Notes under the pieces: generated by a model
The model's database searches: none
Told to the model about the DNA's origin: nothing
The model's input: the letters and a program-made list of their open reading frames with translations, nothing else
Shown here: positions 27,381 to 41,084 of the stretch, piece after piece
How the letters are laid out: each line of letters opens with the position of its first letter
How positions within the stretch are numbered: the first letter of the stretch is position 1
Made by a program: the position numbers and the translations under genes
DNA from: Batkoa obscura
Lineage: Eukaryota
Reading direction: 5' to 3'
Assembly: GCA_030770535.1 (NCBI GenBank)
Contig: JASVEC010000018.1
Coordinates: 682,001 to 746,000, forward strand
DNA: 64,000 nt

Positions 27381-30269
27381 TTAAAGTTCAAAGACGACAT
27401 CTTTAAAGAGATATAAAACACCAACTCTAGTAGTAGAGACTGTAGACCAACGAGGCATATGTTCATTGATCTCTTGAACAGCTGGGATGAACTTTGGATC
27501 ATCATAGAAGCATGAAATGCCTAATTTAATAATAGCTGGGAATGTATTATTTTTTAAATAATCAAAAGATACTTCGAATGGGAAATTGTAATCTCTTCTC
27601 ATTAAAACAATTTCGTTTTGGTTATAACTGTCTATAACTAACCTCTCATTTTTATTTTTAGAATTAATTGTCTTAATGGCTATATTTGTGACATCTTGTT
27701 TATAAAAACTTAATAAGCATATATTACTTCTGTATGCGTTAAGTTGAACCCTTAGTTTAAGGTCATTATTATCTGATGTACCTTTTTTTAAAGTAGCATT
27801 AATAAGTTTGTAATTCTCAATTGGAAAGATAGGCTCAGGGGCAGAATAGTGATAAACATATTGATCTCCAATAGGCTTAATACTCGATAAAGGATTATCT
27901 TTTGCAGATGGAATACTGTTAATGATTTCTTTTAAATAAGAAGTAGAAGTAATTGAACCGTAAGAGTTATCATTACTATCAAAACTAAACGGATCTATAT
28001 TTTCTCTCATTAAATTACATCCAATTTCCTCTGAAATACATTTATTTTGTCCAATTTGAAATACTAATGGTGCTTTTTCATTCACTGGGAAACTAAAAAA
28101 TACTGAAATTGAGATGATGATCCATATAACTAAAAAGGTAATCATCATCTTAATCGGAATTCTCTTAATTACTTTTGGTATTAAATTGATTGATATTAAA
28201 GTAGATACTCCCCCCAAGCTTGAAATAAAATAATAAACAACAGTCTTTTTGCCGCCAGTTGGGATTGTTTGTGTTAATCCTGCTAATACCGCTATTACTA
28301 TTTCTTGGAAAAATAAATTGGACAATATTATAATTAAAAATAGTAATAAATTATTAAAAACATCAACATAGCGGTTATATTTGTTATTACTATAGATGAT
28401 ATCATTGGAAGCAACATCATTGGAGGCTCTACCATTAGAGATATCGTCATTAGAGCTATTGTCACTTAAATTCATAGCACATTTCTTATAATTATTAATA
28501 CTTAAGCTTGGATAATTATACTTAAATAATAAACCATGTATTGTTGAATATATAAAATTAAATATAGATAGGATGCTCAAAAAATATAATGGACCTAATC
28601 CTTTAGTCAATAGTACAATATTAAGGATGTTACAGACCAACCAAAATATACCACTTGATTGGATTAAAATAGGCTCAATCAAATCCAATTGTCGGCCATT
28701 TTCATACCACGACCATAAATAAATTGCTACACTCAAGCATACTAATCCAAGGAATGTATAAGATCCAAACACATAATCTGATTTGCTATGTGCTGCCATA
28801 CCTTCACCGCTAACCCAAAAGTAATTGGATGCAACTGCCAAGGCGACATAAAATAAAGTACCTACTATAATGGCAATAAGTCCACGAAGAATAGGGAGAA
28901 ATGTGAATCTTATAGTTAGAGATAAATTATTTTCATTCTTGTTTAAATTAAGATAAACAGTTTTAATTATAATAAGTACAATTGAAATAAATTGCAAAGT
29001 TGCTACTATTGAGCATATTATAATATACGACTTGAATGAGTAAACCTCTGAAAAATAACCTAAAACATCAAAAAATACACCTCCATCTTCTGAGTCGCCC
29101 AGCTTATCAATTTCGTTTGATTTCCCTAAAGTACTGATTGCTGAACACACGGTCTCACCAAATACTTTGAGTGATTCAAAATGCATGTTAGAAGCATCAT
29201 CTTTATAAGTATGATAAAACGCTCTATTTGAATAAATAGCAAAGTCTACTCCTGGAATATTAGCAGCATTATAGATTTGAAAATCCGTGTTAGAATTCAC
29301 TACTCTTAATTTAAAGCCGGTAAATGCAATAACTGAACTATGTGGATGGGGTGTCTTTGAAAATGCCTTATTAATTATATTACTTGAAGATTGGAATATC
29401 ATTCCTCTGTTTCCAATACCTGAGGCTTCCATATTAATAAATCCCTTAACATCATTTTTCCATTCATGTAATAAAAATGCTTTTGATCCAAGCATTCCCT
29501 TTTCTTCTCCAGAATTAAAGTGGTAAATAAGGTCAACAGTTTTTGGTGGATTCAATATGCTTAATCTTAATGACTCTAATAATGACACTACTGAAATGCC
29601 ATCATCGCTTGCACCATGACTAGTTGATTGTGAATCATGATGGGCAGATAAAAGTAAGGCTGGCTTTCCATAACTTTTGATAGTATTGTTACTATTCTTG
29701 TTATTCGGTAAAGTAAATGAAAGTGGATGAACCCTTACTAAAATGTTACTTGATTCAAAATAGGTAGTGTGAAAACCACTTCTTGATGTAATTTTACTTA
29801 ATGTTTTTTCAGCTAATGTACTAGTTCGACGATCAAAATCTACTTCAACTATATTTTTCTCATATAACTTCATGGATAACTCTTGTAAAGCTTCAGTGTA
29901 GGATAGAATATAACTTTCTACATCTTTTATCTCATCGGTGTTATAGGAATGTACCTTGGTACCGAATCTCATCAAATGGGAATACGCAAAATCAGTGTTA
30001 AATTCGTTATATTTCCTTAATTCATCAAAATTAAATTTATACTTATAAATATTATCCTCAGTCTCAATCGCTGGTAAACTTATCTTATTGTTTAAAAAAT
30101 TATTTTGCCACTCTTTCCAATAGCTTGGCGATTTCTCTGACAATGTTAAAAAGTTTAGCATAAGCTGAAAGGTAGAGATGTAGATTATCACAGCTAAACA
30201 GAACGTTGTGACTGAAATATATCTTTTAAAAAAGTTTAAAATTTTATCCTTAAAGATACTGTTATACAT
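27381..30269 (-). CDS. M28 zinc metallopeptidase with multi-pass TM region (Pff1/ERMP1-like), intronless, paralog A
   Basis: LLLSAHHDS, GASDDG, NSGEEKGMLGS, FINMEASG, NSNTDFQIY, FYHTYKDD, VFFDVLG followed by multiple TM segments. Confidence 0.9.
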   Translation of the reverse strand: MYNSIFKDKILNFFKRYISVTTFCLAVIIYISTFQLMLNFLTLSEKSPSYWKEWQNNFLNNKISLPAIETEDNIYKYKFNFDELRKYNEFNTDFAYSHLMRFGTKVHSYNTDEIKDVESYILSYTEALQELSMKLYEKNIVEVDFDRRTSTLAEKTLSKITSRSGFHTTYFESSNILVRVHPLSFTLPNNKNSNNTIKSYGKPALLLSAHHDSQSTSHGASDDGISVVSLLESLRLSILNPPKTVDLIYHFNSGEEKGMLGSKAFLLHEWKNDVKGFINMEASGIGNRGMIFQSSSNIINKAFSKTPHPHSSVIAFTGFKLRVVNSNTDFQIYNAANIPGVDFAIYSNRAFYHTYKDDASNMHFESLKVFGETVCSAISTLGKSNEIDKLGDSEDGGVFFDVLGYFSEVYSFKSYIIICSIVATLQFISIVLIIIKTVYLNLNKNENNLSLTIRFTFLPILRGLIAIIVGTLFYVALAVASNYFWVSGEGMAAHSKSDYVFGSYTFLGLVCLSVAIYLWSWYENGRQLDLIEPILIQSSGIFWLVCNILNIVLLTKGLGPLYFLSILSIFNFIYSTIHGLLFKYNYPSLSINNYKKCAMNLSDNSSNDDISNGRASNDVASNDIIYSNNKYNRYVDVFNNLLLFLIIILSNLFFQEIVIAVLAGLTQTIPTGGKKTVVYYFISSLGGVSTLISINLIPKVIKRIPIKMMITFLVIWIIISISVFFSFPVNEKAPLVFQIGQNKCISEEIGCNLMRENIDPFSFDSNDNSYGSITSTSYLKEIINSIPSAKDNPLSSIKPIGDQYVYHYSAPEPIFPIENYKLINATLKKGTSDNNDLKLRVQLNAYRSNICLLSFYKQDVTNIAIKTINSKNKNERLVIDSYNQNEIVLMRRDYNFPFEVSFDYLKNNTFPAIIKLGISCFYDDPKFIPAVQEINEHMPRWSTVSTTRVGVLYLFKDVVFEL

Positions 30270-31036
30270 TTCACTTTCTAATTATCGTTTTTTAGTCCTA
30301 TTCTAAGATACAATAGATTATTTTGTATTGCTTTTTTTATAGAAATTCCTCCTTTATATACTATTTTTTTATCATCAACCAATTTTTTTCAAAACTGAAC
30401 ATTTAATTTACCTTATTGTAGAACATTTATTTTATTTTAATGTCGAACACTTCCTTTATTTTAACATAAAATATCGAAGTTTATTTGATTGCGGATATTA
30501 TGTTTATTATAATTTATCAATTTAATTTATTGGAATTTAACGTAGTTTATTCGTCTTAATATTGGACATTTGATTATCACAATTTAGAATATTTCATCTT
30601 TTACGATATCAAATATTTGATTTATAATTGAAGATAGTCTATTTATTATAATGTTAAGAATTTAATTGATTGTAACGTAAGATAGTTTATTTATCATGGC
30701 TCTAGGTGTTTAGCTTATCGCAATATTGAATATTTTCTTCAATGTAGATTTTTCTCGTTATAAAAAAGTAAATTACTTATTTTAATATCAACATTTCGTT
30801 TAATGTAATTTTGGGCCTATAATTTGTCCAATATAAACATTTTGTCTATTATAGTATCGAACGTTTAATTTAAATATGAGAACTAACTCTTACCTGTTGT
30901 TAGACTAAATCGGAACCTTACTATTTTGAACTTAATAAATTATTAAACCCAAGGACATAATGTGAAAGCAATGGATTAAATTTGGTATAGTTTCTATAAA
31001 GTAGGGAGTTCCGATTGTTATGTTCTTTTAGAATAT

Positions 31037-31135
31037 GGGTGTGGTTTTTTTTTATTTCATCAGTTTTTCCATTTTTTAAACATATTTGAGCGGAAAAATT
31101 GTTAATAAAGTTCTTAAACACAAAAATATATCCCT
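31037..31135 (-). mobile_element. MITE copy, ATAT TSD
   Basis: ATAT|GGGTGTGGTTTTT...ATATATCCCT|ATAT. Confidence 0.82.
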
Positions 31136-31912
31136 ATATATTTTAATTTTAATAAAATAAAGTTAAGAAAGCGGGAGTGGTATACCCGATAGAAAGAAAT
31201 ACAATGAATTAAACTTTCGAAAGTACACTTGCTTCCTATATTATCATTTATTTTAAGATAAAAATTCTACAAATAAGCTTATGAATGGAACATCTAGAAA
31301 CAAATTTTGGAACATAATTCAATAACTTAGAATTTTAAATCTGTTTAAGCTAGTATTTTTTTTAATTTCATTACTTTTTTTAATTGTAAATTATTTTTTT
31401 ATATAAAAAGTTAATATCTATCGTTTAAAAATGCTTACTAAATAAAAAATTATTTTATTAAATAAGATTTTTTAAAAGTAAAGATAATAATAGTATTTTA
31501 TATTAAATAAATATAATATTAATGTTAATATTAATGATTTATTTATGAATTTTTTGAATACTATACTAAACTGGGTTTCTTAATTTATATTAAATTAATT
31601 ACATTAAATTTTTTAAATATGTTAGTCACTTTAATTTCAATCTTCAACATATATATTTGATAATACACAATATTATAACTCATACAAGTTTAACTTTTTT
31701 AAACTTTATCAACTATTGTAAATTAGTTGCAATTAGTAACAATAACTTTTCAACTCATTAAATATTTTTATTTTAATACTAAAAATAATAAGTAAAAATA
31801 ATAAGTAAAAATAATCTTCTCCTATTTTATTGTGATCTCATCTTTCGACCCATATTAACTATTATAAATCATTTTAAAATCTAAAAAAAGTTTATAAATA
31901 TTACAATTCTAA

Positions 31913-34491
31913 TTAATAAAAATACTTACTTAAATTTGTATAATTCCTATTCAATGTATTTAGAAATAAATTAATGAAATTTTGAAATTTATAAAAATTT
32001 TGAATTTTAAATTGAATCCTTTTTAATTTGAAATGTATTATTAATACTAATTCCAAGTCTTCATTCTCATAATACTTAATAATTTGGATGCTATTTGCTT
32101 CATTACTGTTAATATGGTTTATGTTATTGTCTATCTTATTACTGTTATTATCAATATTATTTTCAACTTCTTTGTTATACTCATCAATTATATTGTTACG
32201 ATAACTAATATCAATAAAGTAAAATTGATTAATTAATACATTATTCAGTAAACAGACCAATGTATCTATATCAAAAGCCTTAAAATTATACTCAAAAGTA
32301 CACTCAAATGTTGTAGAAATCAACTGAAATAAAGTGATTTTATTTAATTCCGTTAATTTAAATAAAATTAAATTAGATTGAAATGTATAATTTTTATTAT
32401 TGTAATTCAATAATTGATACGAAAAATTTAATTGATATTGTAGATTTGAATTGATCGTTAATTGATTTATTGCCTGTTTTTTATTTAATTGAATTTTTAG
32501 ATAAACAATTTTACTTTCTTGACATTTTATAATTTCTTGATTCTTTTCATATTGTATATAATAAATTAAATAATCTTGATTATTAATCATCGATGATTCA
32601 TTTTCATTACAAATTAAATTAATAATAGCTTTAATATTATATATTGAAAAACTAAACATTTAAAATTAAAAAATTTAATTTAATTTCAATAATTGACTTA
32701 CTTAGATTCATTTGTAACCTTGATTTTCAACCAAAAATTCAATTCCTCTTTTTTATAATATTCTATTTTTTCAATCTTTAAATAATTCAACGTAGAATTG
32801 GCTTGATTAATTAATAAGTTCCCCAATAATAAATCCGAATAATTACTGTTGTTATTAATATTACTTTCTTTATTATTTTCTATTAATTCATTAAATGTAT
32901 TTCTATTACAAATTTCATTGAAAATTATTATTGAATCATTTAACAATTTTTTTTTAAGTTGAATTTGAGATTGAATATATTGAATATCATTAACCATCAT
33001 CTCTCTCTTTTCCTGTATTTGATTTAGTACTTGTTGTTGAATTTTATTATTATTATTATTATTAATTTCATCCAAAATCTTATTATTTTTATTCTTTGTC
33101 TCCAACCAATAGATGAGTTCATTGAAATTAAGTAATGATAAAAAGGGACTGAAGTGTTGATTATAAATAGTAACTATAAATTCATTCCAAATAAAAAGAA
33201 GGTTCTCTAATTTTAATGTTAGTTTTTGAATACTTTGATTCTTATTTATTAAATAAATAATATCATTACAATAAATAAATAGTTTAAATTCATTATTTAT
33301 ATTTAAAGATCTTGAAAAAAGATCTTGAATATTATCGAATTGAAATAAAGGAGGGCTAATTAAACGATTATCTTGATTTTCAAAATAATAAATGGAATTG
33401 TTATTAGTTATAATATATCCTTGAATATAATCAAAATCTATCTTCTTGTCATTAACTAGTACTTTTTCTATCTTTTCATTCCTTGACAGTTTAATAATAC
33501 TTTGTGTGGATTGAATTTCAAATTGAATAATAGTTTGTAATTTTAATTCATTCTTTTCATTGTTATTACTAATCAAACAATATTTTTGTTGATTAAATTG
33601 AACAACAGAATAATAATAATGACTATTATTATTTATATTTTTATCAATAAACTGAACTTTACGATGTTTTAAATCATAGTTAATTAATGATGAAAAGTAA
33701 GATAAATAATTACAGTTGTTACACTGATATGAAAAGACGAAATTAATAAATAAATTGTTTTTTAATAAGCTTAATTGTAGTTGATACAAATAACCTAAAT
33801 GTTGAATTTCTTTTTTTAATGAAAATTTATAATCCATTTTCATTTTAATTTCATTTTGTTTAATATCGAATGTGATTATTCTTATATGTTGCATCTTCTT
33901 ATAGTTTAATATTATTGTTGGTATTGGACTGTTATTTTTTATTAATTATTACATATAAAAGGTAATAAATGAAATTACCTATTATCATCGATAGAATTCA
34001 TTTTAAATAAAACTAATTCAATATCTTCATAATTATCTAATAAAATTGAAATTAGTCATTTTTTTATTGTCTATAATGAGCTTACCTTGTTGATAATTTT
34101 CTAGAGTATATTTGAAATTAGAATCATTTTTTAATTCAAAGCTAGTTTTATTAAGATTGATACTATTGTCAATCTTAATCTCGTCAACTTCTCCATTTTT
34201 TAAATAAAACAAATTAAGATCCAAATAGCTTTCTTTATCTACTTCGTTATATAGTTCTAGCTTAACCAACGTATTCTCATTCTCTTCATTTTGAGGAACA
34301 GTAGTATAAATCAGATGCTTCTCCTGCCTATTAACACTAGAATTCAACTTCTTCCTTTTATTCTTCCGAATTATTTCCTCTTCCTCTTCCTCTTCAATAC
34401 CCTTTTTACATTGATGGTTGATTAAATAGTATGGTATCTTAGGTATATTTCCAAAGCTTTCTTCATTTCTCGTTGTATAAAACTTAAACAT
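31913..34491 (-). CDS. Large Asn/Ile-rich protein, candidate FANCB-like (3 introns join the three track ORFs)
   Basis: GT-AG introns near 34037-34085, 33930-33980 and 32652-32701 link the ORFs. Layout is beta-rich N-half, coiled coil (QVLNQIQEKREMMVNDIQYIQSQIQLKKKLLNDS), then LKIEKIEY...FWLKIKVTNESNFSIYNI, resembling FANCB. The gene is well supported; the identity is tentative. Confidence 0.5.
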
Positions 34492-34743
34492 TAAAAAAAG
34501 AGTATTCTCATTTCTCACTCAATTTTTTCCAAAAAACTCAAAACTCTTCTAAAAAGCCCTCTACCAATAAAACTCCACTTCCCAAAATTTCCAATAATGG
34601 CCACGTAACAAATAATTCTCATAAATCATCCATCAAGTCATTCATGAATTTATCTTTTTTATTGCAATTCAATAATCCTTAAAATTCAATTTCCTTCCTT
34701 TTTCCTAAGTTTATTTTTAATATTTCTTTTCATTTTATATAAA

Positions 34744-35205
34744 ATGTTACCTGTAAAACAACATCTCGATCAACACAGCAATGGTACCCCCATCATCCTC
34801 GAAGATGCGGCTCAAGCATTAGCCCATTATCCCCATGCACGTAAGCACAATGGCTTAATTTATATATCTGGTATTAGCAGTCGTCGAGAAGACAATAGTT
34901 ATGAAGGGGTTACTGTGCAACCTGATGGTACTAAGTTCCTTGATATTAAATTACAAACTTCAGCAGTCCTAAAAAATATTGAAAAAATACTTAAAAAAGC
35001 GCATGGTACCTTAGATAATGTGATTGATTTAACTGTTTTTTTAACAGATATGAAATATTATCAAGAGTTTAATCAAGTTTATAATCAATTTTTTAAAAAG
35101 GAAACGGGACCGAGTAGAACTACTGTGGCTGTGTATCAGTTGCCTAATCCAGATCTTTTGATTGAAATTAAGGCCATCGCTTCTGATCCTCATTTTAACA
35201 AATAA
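34744..35205 (+). CDS. Rid/YjgF family imine deaminase, 2-aminomuconate deaminase-like; intronless
   Basis: AHYPHAR..GLIYISGISSRR, QTSAVLKNIEKIL, DLTVFLTDM, GPSRTTVAVYQLP, LLIEIKAIA; catalytic Arg retained. Confidence 0.85.
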   Translation: MLPVKQHLDQHSNGTPIILEDAAQALAHYPHARKHNGLIYISGISSRREDNSYEGVTVQPDGTKFLDIKLQTSAVLKNIEKILKKAHGTLDNVIDLTVFLTDMKYYQEFNQVYNQFFKKETGPSRTTVAVYQLPNPDLLIEIKAIASDPHFNK

Positions 35206-35507
35206 AAATTGCTGTTATTTATTTTTTTTGTTTTATGTTCTATTTAAATTTTACTGTTATTTTCAATAGCATCCTTTCATAAACCAGATGACGTCATTGT
35301 CTTTGATTATTACACCATTCTATATTAATTTAGTTCAGTAACAAATTCAAGTAGTAACAGTAACTGAAAGAAAATAATATCATTGAATTCCTAATCATTC
35401 AAATCAGTGGTGAAACAAGAATAAAGAAATAAAAACCCAAAATGTAGGTTGAACTATTTATTACTTGTTTTACTTTATAATTTTCTTATAAAACATAATA
35501 ATAACAA

Positions 35508-38500
35508 ATGACTTCATTTCCATTATATGGTAGTAGTCCAGATCCCTTTCCCAGTTTTATTGATCAGTTAGGAGATAGAAAAGGTAAATTTTATTTAATA
35601 TTAATTCAATATTTTCTATCTTTTTCAATAATTCAATTGAACATTTATTCTTCAAGCCCAAGGTTATATCAATAAACCTATTAGTGATAAACGGTATGAT
35701 ACTAATTTACAGTGCTATCAAAAGTTGAGTAATGATACCATCTTTTTATCATTAGTAATTCATGAACAATATATTATTGCAGGGTGTAAAGAAGGAAATA
35801 TCAAAGTAAACTTTATTTTTTAATTCTTAATTATTTTTATTTTTAATTTATAATAAATGAATGAAAATGTTAATGGTTTATTAATTTAGGTCTGGAACAA
35901 ACATAGTTATTTATTAGAAAAAGAATTGATCGGACACAGCAGAGCAGTATTATGTTTGTGTGTTAATGAGAAAGACCAATTATTGTTTTCAGGCTCAAGT
36001 AAGTTTTTTACTGTTTTCGAATAATTATAATGTTTTAATATTTTATCTTCTATTTATTGATAGGCGATGACACTATTCGAGTAAGTCAATATTAATCAAT
36101 CAATAGCTAATAGTTTAAATGCAAGATTGATGATTTTCTTTAGGTTTGGGATTTAAAAACCTTAACACAAAAGTATATTATCAATACATATGAACAAGTA
36201 GGAGATATATTATCTATGGTTTATCATCCATTATCAAACACTTTGTTTTTTGGTTGTCAAAATGCTAGTATTCAAGTAGGTGTTTCCAATATTTTTTCTT
36301 TTTGTTTTAACAGTAAATTTTTATATGATTAGTGGTTTTGCCTTGACAATATTTCAGGAGTAGAGAAGAATAGTGAAGAAGGAGGTGAAAGTGGAAAGAG
36401 TAATTTTGATTTTAAAAATATACCTGGTTTACCACCAAATAGTAATTTAAAATCTTTTTTTAAATTAAACCAAAAACAAGAAGAATTAAAAGATAAGGAG
36501 AATATTAATGAGGAGAATAATAGCTTTTATCAAATTCATTCCAATTCAATTCATTCCTTTGCTCATCATGGGGCTGTTTATTCATTAATTATTGATAATT
36601 TACCAGATGATGAGAATGAATATTTGTTTTCTGGTAATTTAATTATATAAAAAGTATTTGATTTATGGTTTCTAATAATAATTTAATATTTAGGCTCTGC
36701 TGATGGTAGTATTAAAGTAAGGAATTAAGTTTTAATAATAATAATGACAGTAATAATAGCTTAGATATGGAAAATTAATAACAATAATCCAAGTTTAATA
36801 TTTGAGCATAAAATATTAAATGAAAATAAGAAAGATATCTTGTCGATTTATTGTTTACAAATACAAAATGGACTTTTATTTGCTGGACTTCAAACAGGTA
36901 CGATTACAGTTTGGGATTTAGATACATTTCAAAAGGTCCGTACATTAATTGGGCATTATGTAAATATATTTATTATGCTGGTAAATTGAAAATCGACTTA
37001 TGAGTTTATTTTAGGATGATATTATGGCCATGTCGATATTAAATAACGAATTATATTCAGCTTGTTCTAACGGGTTTATTAAAGTGAGTACTATTATTGA
37101 ATGGAATTTTAATGAAATGTTATTAATAATACTATTATTATTATTGTTATTGTAGAAATGGAACCGAAACTTAGAATGTATAGGAACAATGCAAGGTCAT
37201 GAAAATAGTATCTTATGTTTAATATCAGACTTTGATTTTACATTATATTCTTCAAGTTCAGATTCTTTTATTAAGGTAGTTTTTTTTCATTTTGGGAAAA
37301 TGGAATGATATTAATAATTTCTGTATAAATTTTTAAATAGATTTGGAAAATTAACAATTTTAACTCCCCATTAAATTTTAATAATGAATTAAATAATTAC
37401 AATAATAACAATTCTTATAAAATTATATTTGAAGATGATTTAATTGGTAAGATAGTATTTATTATATATTTATTTAATATTTACTTGTTTTATTTTTAAC
37501 TAGACAATATAATTCATGTATTAGAAAAATTCATCTTAATACCAAGTATAAGTGGGTCAATTCATCATCAAGAAGATTGTCGATTAGCTAGTAAATTTTT
37601 AAAGAATTTGTTTTTACAACTAGGTAAACAATACATTCCATATAAATTATGTCATAATAATTTAAACTAACGTATATAAATAAAACACTTAGGAGCTGAA
37701 TGTAAAATTATTAAAAACAATAGTCAAAGAAATCCCATTGTTTATGCCAAATTCAATGCTAATTGCATTAACACTATTAATACTGATATAGTTAAAAATT
37801 TATTGTTTTATGGTCATTACGATGTAGTATCTGCCAATCCTAAGGATTGGGATAATAACAATCCATTTATACTAAATGGTAATTTATTAATTATATAATA
37901 ATAATAATAATAATAATGCAATATTAATATAAAAAAATAGGTAAAGACGGATATTTATACGGACGAGGAATCACAGATAATAAAGGACCAATAATTACAA
38001 TGATATTTTCGATCTTTAATTTATTTAAGAAAAAAGAATTAAAAAGTAATGTTCACTTTTTAATTGAAGGAGAAGAGGAGTCCGGTAGTATTGGATTTTA
38101 TGAATCGGTAGCTTCTATCTCTAATTTACTTGGAAACATTGATTTAATTTTATTAAGGTAAAAAAAAAGTATAAAAAATATAATGATTTTAATGATTTTA
38201 AAATAGTAATTCTTATTGGTTGGGAGAGAGCATTCCCTGTTTAACTTATGGTTTAAGAGGTGTAATTCATGCTTCTATCAAGGTAACTTAATATGATATA
38301 ATACTAACATTAATAACATTAACTAGATATATAATAATCAAAACGATTCTCATTCTGGGGTCTATGGTGGAGTTATTGCAGAGCCATTGATTGATCTTAC
38401 CCATTTATTATCGAAATTAATTAGTGATAAAGATAATAAGGTTTTAATACCTGGTAATAATTATAAATATTTAATACCTAACAATAATAATAATGATAAA

Positions 38501-39295
38501 TAGAATTTTATGCTAAAGTAAGAGAAATAACTGATGAAGAGTCGGAAGAATATAAAGAGTTAATTGAAATATTTAAGTAAGTTTTGCTATTTGTTATTTC
38601 GTCTTAAGATTTTATATTAACTTAAATAATTCTAGTAAAATCGAACAAAACAAAAAAGTGAATATAAGTAATATACAACAACAATGGCGTGAGCCTACAT
38701 TCACCATCCATAAAATGGATTCTTCAGGACCTAAAACACATAGTACTGTGATACCGAATTGGGCAAGAGCGGATGTATCCATGAGAATTGTGCCGGATCA
38801 AGATATTAATGCTATTAGTCAAAGTTTTATTGAATTTATTGAAAAACTATTTTCACAATTAAATAGTAAAAATAAAATTGAGGTAACAAAGAAATAATTT
38901 TTATTCAATAAGATAGTGAATTGAACGAATAATATCAATTAGATTACAATTCGACAAAGTTCCAATTGGTGGTTAGGTGATAAATCCAATAATTCATATA
39001 ATTTAATGAGGGAAGTTATTAAGAAGGTAAGCTAGCAATAATAGATACAAATTGATAATGTTATTAAATATTACTTTATTAGGAATGGAACTATTCCCCT
39101 ATAAATATAAGAGAAGGTGGTTCCATTCCCACTGTACCATGGTTGGAAACTCATTTTAAAGCGCCAGCATTACATTATCCAATGGGACAAGCTTCCGATC
39201 AAGCGCATTTAGCTAATGAAAGATTAAGAATCTTAAATATTATCAAAGCTAAAAATTGTATCTTGGATTTTATGAAACGTTGGGCTGAAATTTAA
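35508..39295 (+). CDS. DUG2: Dug2-like WD40 + M20 peptidase (glutathione degradation); many introns
   Basis: N-terminal WD repeats (GHSRAVLCL, FSGSADGSIK, ITVWDLDTFQKVRTLIGH), then LFYGHYDVV, YLYGRGITDNKGPI, IEGEEESGS, TYGLRGVI, HSGVYGG, IREGGSIP, GQASDQAHLANERLR. Confidence 0.92.
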
Positions 39296-39533
39296 TTTTT
39301 TGGATAAAGTTAAATAAAATTAAAGGATTCCGTCTTTTTTATATTGTTTATTTGCTTATTGAAGTTGAACAATTTAAAAAATTGAAATTTGAATCGAGCA
39401 ATAAGCTCTAAAAAAGGTCTAAAAAACAATAAGAGGATTAACAGGATAGGGAGTATTAATTAGAAAAAATTGGAAAGAAAAGAAGGTAACAAAAGAGAAG
39501 AATAAAAGATATTAAAAAAACTGAATTTCTTTT

Positions 39534-40678
39534 TTAAAATGAAAAGATTTTTTGTAATTCATTAACAAATACTTGACCTAGTAATTGAGCAATGAATTCT
39601 TGCTTTTCTTCACTGCTTTTGATCAAAGATTGATCCATTTTTTGACTACGGTCATGTTCAGGTAATAAATAAAAAAATAAAAATTCTAACGTTTTCCATC
39701 TAATTAAAACCGTATTAATATTAATATTACTTAACTGCTGTATAATATTCAATATTAATTTACCTCAACTCAGTTTGACTCTTTTTCTTTTTAACTAAAC
39801 ACAAAATTTCTTGAATTCCATTTGCTTCTTCAAAGCTCTATCAAAAAAGTCAATTAATATCTAAATTCAGTATTCAATTAAAATTTATACCCTAATATGT
39901 TCTGGTGAAATAGCTAATATACATTGCGTTGTTTCCAATGCATCCATAGCGATTTGGAAGTTTTCACAGCAGATTAAATTAATAATAACCTAATTTATTA
40001 TTATTAAAAGTTAAAATATTCTTACTGTGATTGATATTATATAATAAAATAAAATCTAGTTTACCTTAAAATTAGCTAAATTTAAAAAATACTCACTAAC
40101 TTCTGGACAAAAACAAACGATGCCTTGTAATATTAGTAAACATTTTTCCGTTTGTTGAGTCCAATATGTTTTTGCTTCTATTATTAATGACAGTGTTAAA
40201 TAGAGTTGATAAAATTATTAACAATTTTTAACAAATAAAAAATAGTCATATTAAACCAAGTTACCTATTCCCAATGTTGTACAAGGTGGATTTGAATCCA
40301 ATAAATTACATAAATTGTTGGTCACTAAAAATTTATTTGTTTAATTAAGTTTAAAAATTAATACTACTTTTTTTCTTACACAACAATTGCTCATCTAATT
40401 GAGTAGCTTCAAATGCCAGCTTGGCTACTTTGGTATTATCTTTACTTAAATCGGATATTAATTTATGTAACTGTTCTAACCCTTTTAATCGATGTTCTGG
40501 ATTGGGTCGATGTAACTAAAGAAATTACTTAAATTTTTAAAAGATAAAATATTACAATCAAGCTCACTAGCTTTATACTATCTGATATCACTTTTTTTAT
40601 TTCATTAAAGAGGAGAGATTTATTACGAAAAGTACAGAAATCTAAATTTTCTTCTTTTATAATACCCGTTTTATTCAT
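39534..40678 (-). CDS. Cdc14 SIN-component family protein (S. pombe Cdc14-like, not the phosphatase); many introns
   Basis: ILQGIVCFCPE, FEEANGIQEILCL, RWKTLEFLFFYLLPE, KSSEEKQEFIAQLLG match the septation-initiation-network Cdc14 family. Confidence 0.72.
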
Positions 40679-41084
40679 TTTTTTCTTTTTTTTAGTTAAA
40701 AATTGTAAGATGTTGATTTACGAGTTGAATGGAGTGAAATTCTAATTAAATATTGTGTTTTTTTATTCTAATTTTCTTTTTTTTCTTTTTTTCTTTCTTT
40801 TTTAAAATCTAAACTAACTTTTAATATATAAAAATCAATAACAAAATGAAAGATTTAGATTGAAATAACTCATACTTTTTATCATCATCCCTTTATTTCT
40901 TAAGAAGAATTTAATTAACATCCAATCATTTTGAACTTCAATTACCTAGTCTTAAATTAATAAAATTAATTTAAAATATTTTAGTTAATGTTAAATATTC
41001 AAACTAAAACAACAAAACAACAATAAAACTTTATTCTTTATAATGAAAAAAATGAAATGCATTTCAATTCTCTATTCTCAATTC

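Noticed and set aside
30921..31121. 66-aa minus-strand ORF
   Set aside because: Starts within a MITE copy and has no homology cues.
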